Positions 35,201-47,165 of a DNA stretch of 56,971 bases are shown piece after piece. This DNA is from Macrostomum lignano (Eukaryota), in assembly GCA_002269645.1 (NCBI GenBank), contig NIVC01000549.1, positions 1 through 56,971 on the forward strand, in the 5' to 3' direction. Position 1 is the first letter of the stretch. Each line of letters starts with the position of its first letter. Below the pieces are notes generated by a model. The model was not told the DNA's origin and ran no database searches. It saw nothing but the letters and a program-made list of their open reading frames with translations. Both the position numbers and the translations under genes were made by a program.

Positions 35201-36397
35201 GAAATAGGATTCTTAGAAATGGGTGAAATAGGATTCTTAGAAATTGGTGAAATAGGATTCTTAGAAATGGGTGAAATAGGATTCTTAGAAATGGGTGAAA
35301 AAGGATTCTTAGAAATGGGTGAAACAGGATTCTTAGAAATGGTTGAAACAGGATTCTTGGAAATGGTGAAATAGGATTCATAGAAATGGATGAAATAGTA
35401 TTCTTAGAAATGGGTGAAATAGTATTCTTAGAAATGGGTGAAATAGGATTCTTAGAAATGGGTGAAATAGGATTCATAGAAATGGATGAAATAGTATTCT
35501 TAGAAATGGGTGAAATAGTATTCTTAGAAATGGGTGAAATAGTATTTTTAGAAATGGGTGAAACAGGATTCTTAGAAATGGGTGAAATAGGATTCATAGA
35601 AATGGGTGAAATAGGATTCTTAGAAATGGGTGAAATAGGATTCTTAGAAATGGGTGAAGTAGGATTCTTAGAAATGGGTGAAATAGGATTCTTAGAAATG
35701 GGTGAAATAGGATTCTTAGAAATGGGTGAAATAGGATTCTTACAAATGGGTGAAAGAGGATTCCTAGAAATGGTAAAATATGATTTTGGAAAAAATAAAA
35801 TATAATTTTTGAAAATAGTGAAAGATTTTTTAAATGTGTGAGATATATAGTTGTTTAAAAAGGGGTGGAATTAGCATAGTTAAAGCGTAGTTGAAAACTG
35901 ATTGACTAGAACTCGTAAAAACGAATAAAATAAGATTCCTGGAACAGGATTAAATATGATTCCTAGTAATAGGCAAAAGCTACGTTTCTAAGAAATGGGT
36001 GAAAGCTATAATTCTTAGAAACATTTTAAAGCTGTAAGTAAAAGCCACAATACTTGTAATTTAAAAAATTGCGAAATTAATACAAAAACTAACTCACCTG
36101 GGCTCCGACCAGCCATATAGTTCATGCAGTCGCAGTACTCCTTAGCCAGCTGCAGGTACAGCTGCTCCTCGTCCGGCGCGGTTGTCTTGGCAATTAAAGC
36201 TGGCATTAAATATAAATAATAGGAGAATAAAAACTGCCGATAAAACATTAACTAACTAAGTAACTGACTGACTAACTAACTGACTGACTGACTGACTGAC
36301 TAACTGACTTACTAACTGACTAACTGACTAACTAACTAACTGACTGACTAACTGACTGACTGACTAACTAACTAACTAACTGACCAACTAACTAACT

Positions 36398-36444
<47 letters not shown>

Positions 36445-36477
36445 GACCAACTAACTAACTAACTAACTACTGACTAG

Positions 36478-36511
<34 letters not shown>

Positions 36512-36547
36512 GACCAACTAACTAACTACTGACTAGCTAACTGACTG

Positions 36548-36622
<75 letters not shown>

Positions 36623-37046
36623 GACCAACTAACTAACTAACTACTGACTAGCTAACTAACTAACTAACTAACTAACTGACCAACTAACTAACTAACTAAC
36701 TACTGACTAGCTAACTGACTGACTAACTAACTAACACTGTATTCTACTTCAGTAGAGTATATTGAAAGTATCTGTCCGGTAAAGCGGTCTACAAGGCCAC
36801 ATTCTCACCCTTAGCCGTGGCCATATGCATAACCGTATCGTCGCTAACTCGAAAATGTGGCAGAGTAATGTTTAATTTTGTTAATCCACCCATTCTTTCA
36901 ACCGCGGCGTGCAATCTGGACCCATCGAAGCAGAACTCCCATTCGCCATTCTTGTAGCCCATGGCGTCGCCGCAGGCGCTTAACAGCATAGCGGCTGAGT
37001 AGGCTTGAGCTGTTCTGCGCGAAGCAACGCTGGCTAGTGACGTCAT
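32219..37046 (-). CDS. ADPRH: ADP-ribosylarginine hydrolase (ARH1 family), about 378 aa. Exons 37046-36809, 36199-36098, 34708-34639, 34546-34290, 33602-33202, 32287-32219
   Basis: [83 protein letters not shown] and [12 protein letters not shown] are collinear with ARH1. Five phase-consistent GT-AG introns; total 1137 nt. Confidence 0.95.
32342..33180. repeat. 30-bp minisatellite AATGGATTGCTAATCTATCTCTCCAATTAG, about 28 copies, ADPRH intron 5
   Basis: Direct tandem units. Confidence 0.96.
33632..34262 (-). repeat. 28-bp minisatellite family A (locus 3, reverse complement), about 22 copies, ADPRH intron 4
   Basis: GAGGATCTGGGAGGCTGGCCCAGCAACT is the reverse complement of the WIP-intron unit. 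Confidence 0.97.
34830..35770. repeat. 24-bp minisatellite TTCTTAGAAATGGGTGAAATAGGA, about 39 copies, ADPRH intron 2
   Basis: Direct tandem units; 8-aa periodic ORFs. Confidence 0.96.
36248..36735. repeat. (CTAA/CTGA)n microsatellite, ADPRH intron 1
   Basis: Tetranucleotide array. Confidence 0.97.
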
Positions 37047-37177
37047 TGTGGCAGCAAATTTGAGTTTTAATTGCTATCACATTATGTCAAAAGTGCTGGC
37101 GACTGTTCAGTCCAAGGACTGGGGGTAGGGGGGGGGGGGGTCGCCACACACCCTCAATTACCCCAGCTAATGCTGGC

Positions 37178-37240
37178 ACCCATTTTATAGCTGGGTGAAC
37201 TGAAGCAATGCAGAGTTAAGTGTCTTGCTCAAGGACACAA
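37178..37240 (-). mobile_element. CORE-SINE (MIR-core-like) fragment
   Basis: CCCATTTTATAGCTGGGTGAACTGAAGCAATGCAGAGTTAAGTGTCTTGCTCAAGGACACA parallels the reverse-complemented MIR core (CCCATTTTACAGATGAGGAAACTGAGGC...GTTAAGTGACTTGCCCAAGGTCACACA), recalled from memory. Confidence 0.65.
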
Positions 37241-37651
37241 ATTGTATCTTCGTCTTATAACTCGCACTCAAAACTCAAATGAAAAAAAGACAGCGTAGGA
37301 AACTCTCGTCATAGGAAAATATATGTTTCAGAAAATCGTTTTATTATTCAAGTACAAAGAGAACATATAGAAAATCATAGCACCGAAAAAAATTTTCTCA
37401 CTGTTTAAAAAAGGTATAAGTAGTCAGAAAAGCATGCGAACCCTACCTATAGGAAGCAATTATTAAAATGAGTTCTTAAATGCCTCACTGCAAGGTTTAG
37501 AAAACTGGCATATTGCTATTGTACTGTATAAAAGCATACAGCAAATGCATTCTAAATACTTAATCGTATTGGAAATAGTTAAGCCTGATTTTTCGGACTA
37601 TTATGTAATTATCGTTAAATAATATCAGATTTGAATCTGTTAATCCAGCCG

Positions 37652-37687
37652 GTCTGTCTGTCTGTCTTAGAGTCTGTCTTAGTGTCC

Positions 37688-37735
<48 letters not shown>

Positions 37736-37740
37736 TAGTG

Positions 37741-37789
<49 letters not shown>

Positions 37790-37794
37790 TAGTG

Positions 37795-37839
<45 letters not shown>

Positions 37840-37902
37840 TAGTGTCTGTCTGTCTGTCTTAGAGTCTGTCTTAGTGTCTGTCTGTCTGTCTGTCTGTCTG
37901 GC

Positions 37903-37943
<41 letters not shown>

Positions 37944-37972
37944 TAGTGTCTGTCTGTCTGTCTTAGTCTGCC

Positions 37973-38050
<78 letters not shown>
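37652..38050. repeat. (TCTG)n microsatellite with TTAG interruptions, downstream of the LSM11-like stop
   Basis: Tetranucleotide array. Confidence 0.97.
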
Positions 38051-38051
<1 letters not shown>

Positions 38052-38097
38052 TTTCCGCTCTTATACCCTCATCACTCATAGCAAGGAAAAACAAGCT

Positions 38098-38829
38098 TCA
38101 GGCCAATCGCACCAAGACAACGCAAGATCCTCTCAGCAGAACCTGACCCAAGGTAGAGTGCTCAACCTGAGCCCGACACCGACTCGAACTAGCGCCGCCA
38201 CTACCGTCATCTCCAACCGCTTCGCAATCATCACTGAGTTCTACGAAATCGGCGATTTTCTTTTTCCTGACTTCTCTAGCCGATCTAGCGACGGCGCGTT
38301 TAGCGTTGCGCCTCTGCTTGCGTTGCAGCTCTCTGACGCAGCCGGTGTCCAGGTTAACTAGGCGAGTCTCCACAGCGTCTGTCAGTACAAGATTTACATG
38401 CCTATCGAATGACACCAGCCTGCCCCGTATGATGGCATCGATCTGGTTCATAGCTCTCGTGTACACCGCTACTCTGGGCGGCTGGCTTTCACCTTCAAGT
38501 GAGACATTGGCGCAGCGCCAGAGAAAGTGCAACGGGCCGCAGTTAGGCGAACTAAATCGATGGTCTAGTTGCCATGCAAGATGCTGACGCATGCTGCGTT
38601 GCTGCTTTCGGCGCTGCCGTTCAAGCTGCTTCTCCAATTGCAATTTTTGCTCAGCTTCAAACTGTAGGCACCTTTTCTGCTGCTGCTCCGAAGCACAGGA
38701 GGCTGCTAAATTGTTCTTAGAAGCCGGTGCTGCATCTTTTGATGGGGCGCCTGATGCAATATCCGACCTGATGTTCAGCACCAGGCTGGGGTATTTTCTG
38801 GCCGCTTCGGCCGCTTCTGGCGTTTCCAT
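38098..38829 (-). CDS. LSM11: U7 snRNP-specific Sm-like protein LSM11-like, 243 aa, single coding exon
   Basis: GPLHFLWRC...[35 protein letters not shown] (Sm1) is separated by a long insert from [19 protein letters not shown] (Sm2), the split Sm architecture of LSM11. Confidence 0.82.
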   Translation of the reverse strand: METPEAAEAARKYPSLVLNIRSDIASGAPSKDAAPASKNNLAASCASEQQQKRCLQFEAEQKLQLEKQLERQRRKQQRSMRQHLAWQLDHRFSSPNCGPLHFLWRCANVSLEGESQPPRVAVYTRAMNQIDAIIRGRLVSFDRHVNLVLTDAVETRLVNLDTGCVRELQRKQRRNAKRAVARSAREVRKKKIADFVELSDDCEAVGDDGSGGASSSRCRAQVEHSTLGQVLLRGSCVVLVRLA

Positions 38830-38877
38830 GAAAGCAAAATTGCGCCTTGAGTTGCCTGATTGGTATTTTTCTTTCCT

Positions 38878-39585
38878 TTCTGTATTTGTCTGTCAGTTAG
38901 GGCCTGTATTTGCCTGTCAGGGTCTGTATTTGTCAGTTAGGGTCTGTATTTGTCAGTTAGGGTCTGTATTTGTCTGTCAGGGTCTGTATTTGTCTGTCAG
39001 TTAGGGTCTGTATTTGTCTGTCAGTTAGGGTCTGTATTCGTCTGTCAGTTAGGGTCTGTATTTACCTGTCAGTCAGGGTCTGTATTTGTCTGTCAGTTAG
39101 GGTCTGCATTTGACTGTCAGTTAGGGTCTGTATTTACCTGTCAGCTAGGGTCTGTATTTACCTGTCAGTTAGGTCTGTATTTGTCTGTCAGTTAGGGTCT
39201 GTTGTCTGTCAGTTAGGGTCTGTATTTGCCTGTCAGGGTCTGTATTTGTCAGTTAGGGTCTGTATTTGACTGTCAGTTAGGGTCTGTATTTACCTGTCAG
39301 TTAGGTCTGTATTTGTCTGTCAGTTAGGGTCTGTTGTCTGTCAGTTAGGGTCTGTTGTCTGTCAGTTAGGGTCTGTATTTGCCTGTCAGGGTCTGTATTT
39401 GTCAGTTAGGGTCTGTATTTGACTGTCAGTTAGGGTCTGTATTTACCTGTCAGTTAGGTCTGTATTTGTCTGTCAGTTAGGGTCTGTATTTGTCTGTCAG
39501 TTAGGGTCTGTATTTGTCTGTCAGTTAGGGTCTGTTGTCTGTCAGTTAGGGTCTGTTGTCTGTCAGTTAGGGTCTGTATTTGTCT
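38878..39585. repeat. About 24-bp minisatellite GTCAGTTAGGGTCTGTATTTGTCT, upstream of the LSM11-like ATG
   Basis: Tandem units with length variants; most contain one TTAGGG. Confidence 0.95.
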
Positions 39586-39606
39586 ACATTTAGCCCCAAA
39601 ATTAAT

Positions 39607-39680
39607 GTGACTGCACTTGGGAATCGAGCCTGGGCCGCTGGCACATCAGAGCGCCGCGCTAGACCACTTGGTTATGGCCC
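39607..39680 (-). mobile_element. tRNA-derived sequence with A and B boxes; probable SINE head or tRNA pseudogene
   Basis: The minus strand reads GGGCCATAACCAAGTGGTCTAG...GGCTCGATTCC, with A-box-like and B-box-like motifs at tRNA spacing. The acceptor and T stems do not pair properly. Confidence 0.5.
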
Positions 39681-40679
39681 TTAATACTACTGATAGAAGA
39701 CTATTATCAGTAGTGAGTAAACAGAGGAATGTAAAAGACGGTAATAAGCGTAAGTGAAAAAAAACTGCTAAATTTGCAATTCGTGGCTTCAATTAATTCA
39801 TTATTATTAATTAAAAATGATCTGATTAATCTACTTGAAGCAGAGAAAATCGTACACACACAGTTAAATATTGGTGCTAAATTCTACTAAAATAAGAAGT
39901 TAAAGATATGCTTGCATGAGCATTTAAATGGCTTTTATTTAAGGCATATAAAAAACTAATAGCCAGCAATATATAAACGTTTGAGCGTATACAAAAGTTC
40001 GTTAAACTAAAAAATGTTTTTAAATAAAACGTATATTATACGAGTAGCAATATGCAAGTATATATATATATATTTGCATACAATACAATTCAAAATAGCA
40101 GCCAACTAAACAAAGTTGTTTACACAACATATCGGCAATAGCCAACTACAGATACCACCAGCGAGTGAATAAATATGGAAAGTATTTTAAAAATTAGCAG
40201 AAAACAGTTACGAAAAAGGAAAACAAAGTTTAGAAATACTCGTAGCACACTACTGACATAAGTAAACCAATAAGTAGAATAAGTTAATAAACAAAATTTA
40301 GCATAAACAATAAAGAACCGTATAATATATATATATGGAAACTTTTTAATAAAACTTGAATAAAGCTAGTTTACAAATAATATAAACTAGTTAGCGGATC
40401 ACCAGTTCAAGGCACAGCGCAGGAGTAATAAACAGGAAATCCAAAAAATGTATGAAAAATTAAATCGAATCGAAAACTTAAAATAAAAAAGCACGTCAAA
40501 ATTTACATTTTGGCAAGTTGATGTTGATTCCCTACTTTTAATCACATTATTCCGTTTACAGGAAACATAACAGTTTAAAAAAAGGTATTTAAATATGGTT
40601 GTCTGATTAAAATTTATGAATTTCTAATAAAAACAAACTGTTAATGTTAATTTATTATGTTTATAATGTTTAGTCACTG

Positions 40680-41972
40680 GCGATTTCTGATGTGGGGTCT
40701 ATGGGCGATTTCTCGTGTGGAGTCTATGGGCGATTTCTGATGTGGGGTCTATGGGCGATTTCTGATGTGGGGTCTTTGGGCGATTTCTGATGTGGGGTCT
40801 ATGGGCGATTTCTGATGTGGAGTCTATGGGCGATTTCTGATGTGGGGTCTATGGGCGATTTCTGATGTGGAGTCTATGGGCGATTTCTGATGTGGGGTCT
40901 TTGGGCGATTTCTGATGTGGAGTCTATGGGCGATTTCTGATGTGGGGTCTTTGGGCGATTTCTGATGTGGGGTCTATGGGCGATTTCTGATGTGGGGTCT
41001 TTGGGCGATTTCTGATGTGGGGTCTATGGGCGATTTCTGATGTGGGGTCTTTGGGCGATTTCTGATGTGGAGTCTATGGGCGATTTCTGATGTGGGGTCT
41101 TTGGGCGATTTCTGATGTGGGGTCTATGGGCGATTTCTGATGTGGGGTCTTTGGGCGATTTCTGATGTGGGGTCTATGGGCGATTTCTGATGTGGGGTCT
41201 TTGGGCGATTTCTGATGTGGGGTCTATGGGCGATTTCTGATGTGGAGTCTATGGGCGATTTCTGATGTGGAGTCTATGGGCGATTTCTGATGTGGGGTCT
41301 TTGGGCGATTTCTGATGTGGGGTCTATGGGCGATTTCTGATGTGGGGTCTTTGGGCGATTTCTGATGTGGGGTCTATGGGCGATTTCTGATGTGGAGTCT
41401 ATGGGCGATTTTTGGTGTGGGGTCTATGGGCGATTTCTGATGTGGGGTCTATGGGCGATTTCTGATGTGGAGTCTATGGGCGATTTCTGATGTGGGGTCT
41501 ATGGGCGATTTCTGATGTGGGGTCTTTGGGCGATTTCTGATGTGGGGTCTATGGGCGATTTCTGATGTGGGGTCTATGGGCGATTTCTGATGTGGAGTCT
41601 ATGGGCGATTTTTGGTGTGGGGTCTATGGGCGATTTCTGATGTGGGGTCTATGGGCGATTTCTGATGTGGAGTCTATGGGCGATTTCTGATGTGGGGTCT
41701 ATGGGCGATTTCTGATGTGGGGTCTTTGGGCGATTTCTGATGTGGGGTCTATGGGCGATTTCTGATGTGGGGTCTATGGGCGATTTCTGATGTGGAGTCT
41801 ATGGGCGATTTCTGATGTGGGGTCTATGGGCGATTTCTGATGTGGGGTCTTTGGGCGATTTCTGATGTGGGGTCTATGGGCGATTTCTGATGTGGGGTCT
41901 ATGGGCGATTTCTGATGTGGGGTCTTTGGGCGATTTCTGATGTGGGGTCTATGGGCGATTTTTGGTGTGGGG
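40680..41972. repeat. 25-bp minisatellite ATGGGCGATTTCTGATGTGGGGTCT, about 51 copies
   Basis: Direct tandem units with three or four recurring variants. Confidence 0.97.
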
Positions 41973-42024
41973 TTTATAAGCGAATCGGCCTTGACTTTAC
42001 CCGATAAAAACGGTACCCGAGCCC

Positions 42025-42295
42025 TTCTCTCTTCTCCTATCCCTCACTTGTCCTCTCTCTTCTCCTTTTTTCTCTCTTCTCCTATCCCTCACTTGTCCTC
42101 TCTCTTCTCTTTTCTCTCTTCTCCCATCCCTCACTTGTCCTCTCTCTTTTATCCTTCACTTGTCCTCTCTCTTCTCACCTCTCCCTTCTCTCCTCTTCCT
42201 TCGCCTCTCTCCTTTGTCACTTGTCCCCTCTCCTCTCTCCTATCTCTTCTCCTCTCTCTTCTCTTCTCCCTTCTCTTTTCATCTCTCCCCTCCTC
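42025..42295. repeat. Polypyrimidine (CT-rich) low-complexity tract
   Basis: Almost purine-free on the + strand, with repeated CTCTTCTCCTATCCCTCACTTGTC. Confidence 0.9.
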
Positions 42296-42371
42296 TGGGC
42301 CGCAGTCACGCGCTAGATTCTCTATCTGGCACTTTACACATAAAAAGTGTGCCAACCTCTGCCCCCCAAGT

Positions 42372-45300
42372 TCACAGTCGGATAGCCGAGCCAAATGCCT
42401 GAGCAATGGTGAGCCCGGATCGAAGCCTGTCGTGAGGATGGCACAGGTACAGCTCAGCCAGCTGCTCAGTCAGGTGGAACACAGACAAATCCATGAAGCC
42501 GGCCAACTGCTCAGCCAGCCGGCAGTCTTGCCCAGCAACTAAAGCGATTCCATCTAACGAATTCTCAGCTAGGATAGCCTCAGCTGCGACTCGAACTTCC
42601 GACTTACTATTGGCCGATTTCGATGCCGATAATAGTCGAGCAAAATCGACATCGCGAACCAGAGTGGCCGAGCCGGAGGCCGGTGACAACAGCTGGGCGA
42701 CGCTGTCCTCGCCAGGTGGAAGTCGGCCGTCGGCTTGCGATCGGCGCTGGTGCTCAAACAGAAAGCCGATGCGACGCGGCGACGGCGGCTGGCTGCCACT
42801 TGGCGACGACGGCGGAGTCAGCAGGTGATCGCGAAGTCCCGGCGTGACGGCGGCAGCGGCCAGCGAAGGCAGACGAGACTGACTGGCCAGGATGGCTAGG
42901 AATTTACCGTCGGGTTGGTCGCGTCGAAGCAGGGTGGCGCAGATCGGCTTACTGGCGATGGCACGCAGCACCTGGCCGAGGTTGCAGGTCGAATACTGGC
43001 CAGCGAAGAACAGGGCGCCGTGGTTGAGGAGAAGGCCGCTCACCTGGGGCAAGGCGCGGATTAGGAGTGCGGCGGCAGCGGTTGTTGCTTTTGGGGATTT
43101 GGGGTCTTAGCAGAAAAACAAACCCGGAGTCCCTGATTTAAAGACACAGGCAGTCCCTTGCAGACACACTTTATGAGAACAGGCAGCCCCTTGCAGACAC
43201 ACTTTATGAGAAGAGGCAGCCCCTTGCAGACACACTTTATGAGAAGAGGCAGCCCCTTGCAGACACACTTTATGAGAAGAGGCAGCCCCTTGCAGACACA
43301 CTTTATGAGAAGAGGCAGCCCCTTGCAGACACACTTTATGAGAACAGGCAGCCCCTTACAGACACACTATATGAGAACAGGCAGCCCCTTACAGACACAC
43401 TATATGAGAACAGGCAGCCCCTTACAGACACACTTTATGAGAACAGGCAACCCTTTACAGACACACTTTACGAGAACAGGCAACCCCTTACAGACACACT
43501 TTATGAGAACAGGCAACCGCTTACAGACACACTTTATGAGAACAGGCAACCGCTTACAGACACACTTTATGAGAACAGGCAGCCCCTTACAGACAAACTT
43601 TATGAGAACAGGCAACCGCTTACAGACACACTTTATGAGAACAGGCAGCCCCTTACAGACACACTTTATGAGAACAGGCAACCGCTTACAGACACACTTT
43701 ATGAGAACAGGCAACCGCTTACAGACACACTTTATGAGAACAGGCAGCCCCTTACAGACAAACTTTATGAGAACAGGCAGCCCCTTACAGACACACTTTA
43801 TGAGAACAGGCAACCGCTTACAGACACACTTTATGAGAACAGGCAACCGCTTACAGACACTTCCGTTACGAGAACAGGCAACCCCTTACAGACACTCCCG
43901 TTATGAGAACAGGCAACCCCTTACAGACACTCCCGTTATGAGAACAGGCAACCCTTTACAGACACCCAGGGAAAACAGTAACCATCTTAATTTTAAAACG
44001 GGCAACCCACACAATAGCAAAAGAAAAATTTCGAACATGAAAAGACAAATAACATACAATTCTCTCACCTGAGTGAGGTCTTTGTCCACCAGAGCAATAT
44101 CTATGGCGCCCTCGGAGCGAAGAGCAGCCACCACAGGGTGATCTTTTTGACAAGAATCTCCATCCTCGTCTTTGTCCTCAAACGGCATCAGAGCCGCGTT
44201 GTAATAGAAAGCGGCGGCTGGCAGCAGCACCTCGCTAGCGCGGCCGCCCTCCAGCATCAGGGCTTGAACGTCGGCATCGTAAACAACTTCTTTGATCTTG
44301 GCCGCTTTACCTTTCTGATCTAGCACCAGAGTGCGAGCCTGATGGTTTAGGGTGGTCATGAAAGCAATTGCGTGAGGGGTCAGACAGGGGGTCGAATCAG
44401 GCGTATTACTAATAAGGGGGTCAAATGAGGGCAGTGTAGGTCCACTTGGGGGGGGGGAAATGAGGTCAATTTGTGTTAGTAGGGAGGTCAAATGAGGGCA
44501 ATTTATGCCACTAGGGGGGTCAAATGAAGGCAACGTATGTCACCAGGGGGGGTCAAATGAGGTCCACTTGGGGGGGGGGGTCAAATGAGGGCAGTGTAGG
44601 TCCACTAGGTGGGTCAAATGAGGGCAGTGTATGTCACTAGGTGGGTCAAATGAGGGCAGTGTAGGTCCACTAGGTGGGTCAAATGAGGGCAGTGTATGTC
44701 ACTAGGTGGGTCAAATGAGGGCAGTGTAGGTCCACTAGGTGGGTCAAATGAGGGCAGTGTAGGTCCACTAAGGGGGGGGGGGCAAATGAGGGCAGTGTAG
44801 GTCCACTAGGTGGGTCAAATGAGGGCAGTGTAGGTCCACTAGGTGGGTCAAATGAGGGCAGTGTAGGTCCACTAGGTGGGTCAAATGAGGGCAGTGTAGG
44901 TCCACTAGGGGGGGGGGCAAATGAGGGCAGTGTAGGTCCACTAGGGGGGGGCAAATGAGGGCAGTGTAGGTCCACTTGGGGGGGGGGGCAAACGAGGGCA
45001 GTGTAGGTCCACTAGGGGGGGCAAATGAGGGCAGTGTAGGTCCACTTGGGGGGGGGGCAAACGAGGGCAGTGTAGGTCCACTTGGGGTGGGGGTCAAATG
45101 AGGGCAGTGTATGTCACTAGGTGGGTCAAATGAGGGCAGTGTAGGTTTACTTGGGGTGGGGGTCAAATGAGGGCAGTGTAGGTTTACTTGGGGTGGGGGT
45201 CAAATGAGGTTAGTGTATGTCACTAGGTGGGTCAAATGAGGGCAGTGTAGGTCCACTAGGTGGGTCAAATGAGGGCAGTGTATGTCACTAGGTGGGTCAA

Positions 45301-46045
45301 ATGAGGGCAGTGTAGGTCCACTAGGTGGGTCAAATGAGGGCAGTGTATGTCACTAGGTGGGTCAAATGAGGGCAGTGTATGTCACTAGGTGGGTTAAATG
45401 AGGGCAGTGTAGGTCCACTAGGTGGGTCAAATGAGGGCAGTGTAGGTCCACTAGGTGGGTCAAATGAGGGCAGTGTAGGTCCACTAGGTGGGTCAAATGA
45501 GGGCAGTGTAGGTCCACTAGGTGGGTCAAATGAGGGCAGTGTAATTCCACTAGGTGGGTCAAATGAGGGCAGTGTAGGTCCACTAGGTGGGTCAAATGAG
45601 GGCAGTGTAGGTCCACTAGGTGGGTCAAATGAGGGCAGTGTGTGGATTCATAAGGTTTTAGAATCCAATCGCTTACCTGAAAGGCCTCCAGAACATCAAT
45701 AGGCGCCAAAGCTCCACTTTGCATTCGATTTTTCAAATCCTCGTACTCTTCCAGGCACAAAGTTTTAGAATTGGCCACTGGTCCGCCCAGACTATTTAAT
45801 TTATTCCATAGCCTTGCCTTCTTCTCTAATTGCTCTTTCTTAGTCTTGCGCTTGGTACGATAGGCTGATATCAGACGCCAGGCAAATTTGCCCAGCAACA
45901 GGATAGAAACAGTCAATAGACCGGTTAGCAACAGTTTAACGCCCCAAGCAACGCTAGATTCGAAGAATAGTCGCGAAAAGACCAAAGCCAGCGGCACCGC
46001 CAAAGCACCAGCCGCTAGCACTGATGGCACCGATGGAGGCTGCAT
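42372..46045 (-). CDS. Divergent FAAH/amidase-fold membrane protein lacking the catalytic signature, about 436 aa. Exons 46045-45677, 44338-44069, 43043-42372
   Basis: N-terminal hydrophobic helices, then LKNRMQSGALAPIDVLEAFQARTL and DHPVVAALRSEGAI, which echo FAAH-type L.SGEL....V...Y and D..VV..L...GA motifs. Two phase-0 GT-AG introns. The 3' end is less certain. Confidence 0.65.
43155..43960. repeat. 33-bp minisatellite GAGAACAGGCAGCCCCTTACAGACACACTTTAT, about 24 copies, intron 2 of the FAAH-like gene
   Basis: Direct tandem units; 11-aa periodic ORF. Confidence 0.97.
44415..45640. repeat. 33-bp minisatellite GGGTCAAATGAGGGCAGTGTAGGTCCACTAGGT with poly-G variants, about 37 copies, intron 1 of the FAAH-like gene
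   Basis: Direct tandem units. Confidence 0.96.
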
Positions 46046-46404
46046 TGAGGAATAGGGATTATATATATATATTAATCTGTAGCTAAACCAAGTCGCAATG
46101 AACGCTTAATAAAACTATTGGGTAGCAGCGGCTGCCTAACAGTTGTATTAATACACCCTAGCTAGCTAGCGAGACTCTATACAAGTGCCACCCAACCAGA
46201 CTCTGTCAGTTCTCTCTCTCTCTCTCTCTCTCCTTACCCCTTTAGCCATACCCAAGGAGGACTTGAAGCAGAGCATGGAGTAGCAACTCTTTAGACAACT
46301 TTAGGCCCGACTGCACTGCCCAGATGTGACGCGTGACGTCTCTCTATCCGGCCATTGGCTACTTTGAAACTTCAAAATAGCCATCGGGCCTGCTGATTAT
46401 TCGT

Positions 46405-47165
46405 GTCTCTTCTCTCTTTCTTTCCCTCCCCTCCCCTCTTCACTCCTCTCCCCTCTTTTCTCATCTCCCCTCCCCTCTTCTCTCATCTCCCTTCACCTCT
46501 TCTCTCATCTCCCTTCACCTCTTCTCTCATCTCCCTTCCCTTCTTCTCTCATCTCCCTTCAACTCTTCTCTCATCTCCCTTCACCTCTTCTCTCATCTCC
46601 CTTCCCTTCTTCTCTCATCTCCCTTCAACTCTTCTCTCATCTCCCTTCACCTCTTCTCTCATCTCCCTTCCCTTCTTCTCTCATCTCCCTTCCCTTCTTC
46701 TCTCATCTCCTTTCCCCTCTTCTCTCATCTCCCCTCCCCTCTTCTCTCATCTCCCTTCACCTCTTCTCTCATCTCCCTTCACCTCTTCTCTCATCTCCCT
46801 TCCCTTCTTCTCTGATCTCCCTTCCCTTCTTCTCTCATCTCCTTCCCCTCTTCTCTCATCTCCCCTCCCCTCTTCTCTCATCTCCCTTCACCTCTTCTCT
46901 CATCTCCCTTCACCTCTTCTCTCATCTCCCTTCCCTTCTTCTCTCATCTCCTTTCCCCTCTTCTCTCATCTCCCTTCCCTTCTTATCTTATCTACCCTCT
47001 CCTCTTTTCTCCTCTCCCCTCTTTGCTCCTCTCATCTCATCTCTTCTCTCCTCTCCTCTCCCTTCTTCTCTCCTCACACCTCTCCCCCTCTTCTCTTCTG
47101 TCCTCTCCCCTCTTCTCTCCTCTCCCCTCTTCTCTCCTCTACCTCTTCTTTCCCTCTTCCTTCGT
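46405..47165. repeat. 22-bp polypyrimidine minisatellite CTCTTCTCTCATCTCCCTTCAC/C
   Basis: Tandem CT-rich units. Confidence 0.93.

Noticed and set aside
39607-39680. Functional tRNA gene
   Set aside because: A and B boxes are present, but the acceptor and T stems do not pair and the anticodon loop is 6 nt.
37178-39680. tRNA head plus CORE segment as one SINE that captured LSM11
   Set aside because: They are 2.4 kb apart with arrays and a gene between them and no TSD; independent fragments are more parsimonious.
39686-39714. 10-bp hairpin ACTACTGATA/TATCAGTAGT next to the tRNA-like sequence
   Set aside because: A single short inverted repeat with no supporting context; compatible with chance in 57 kb.
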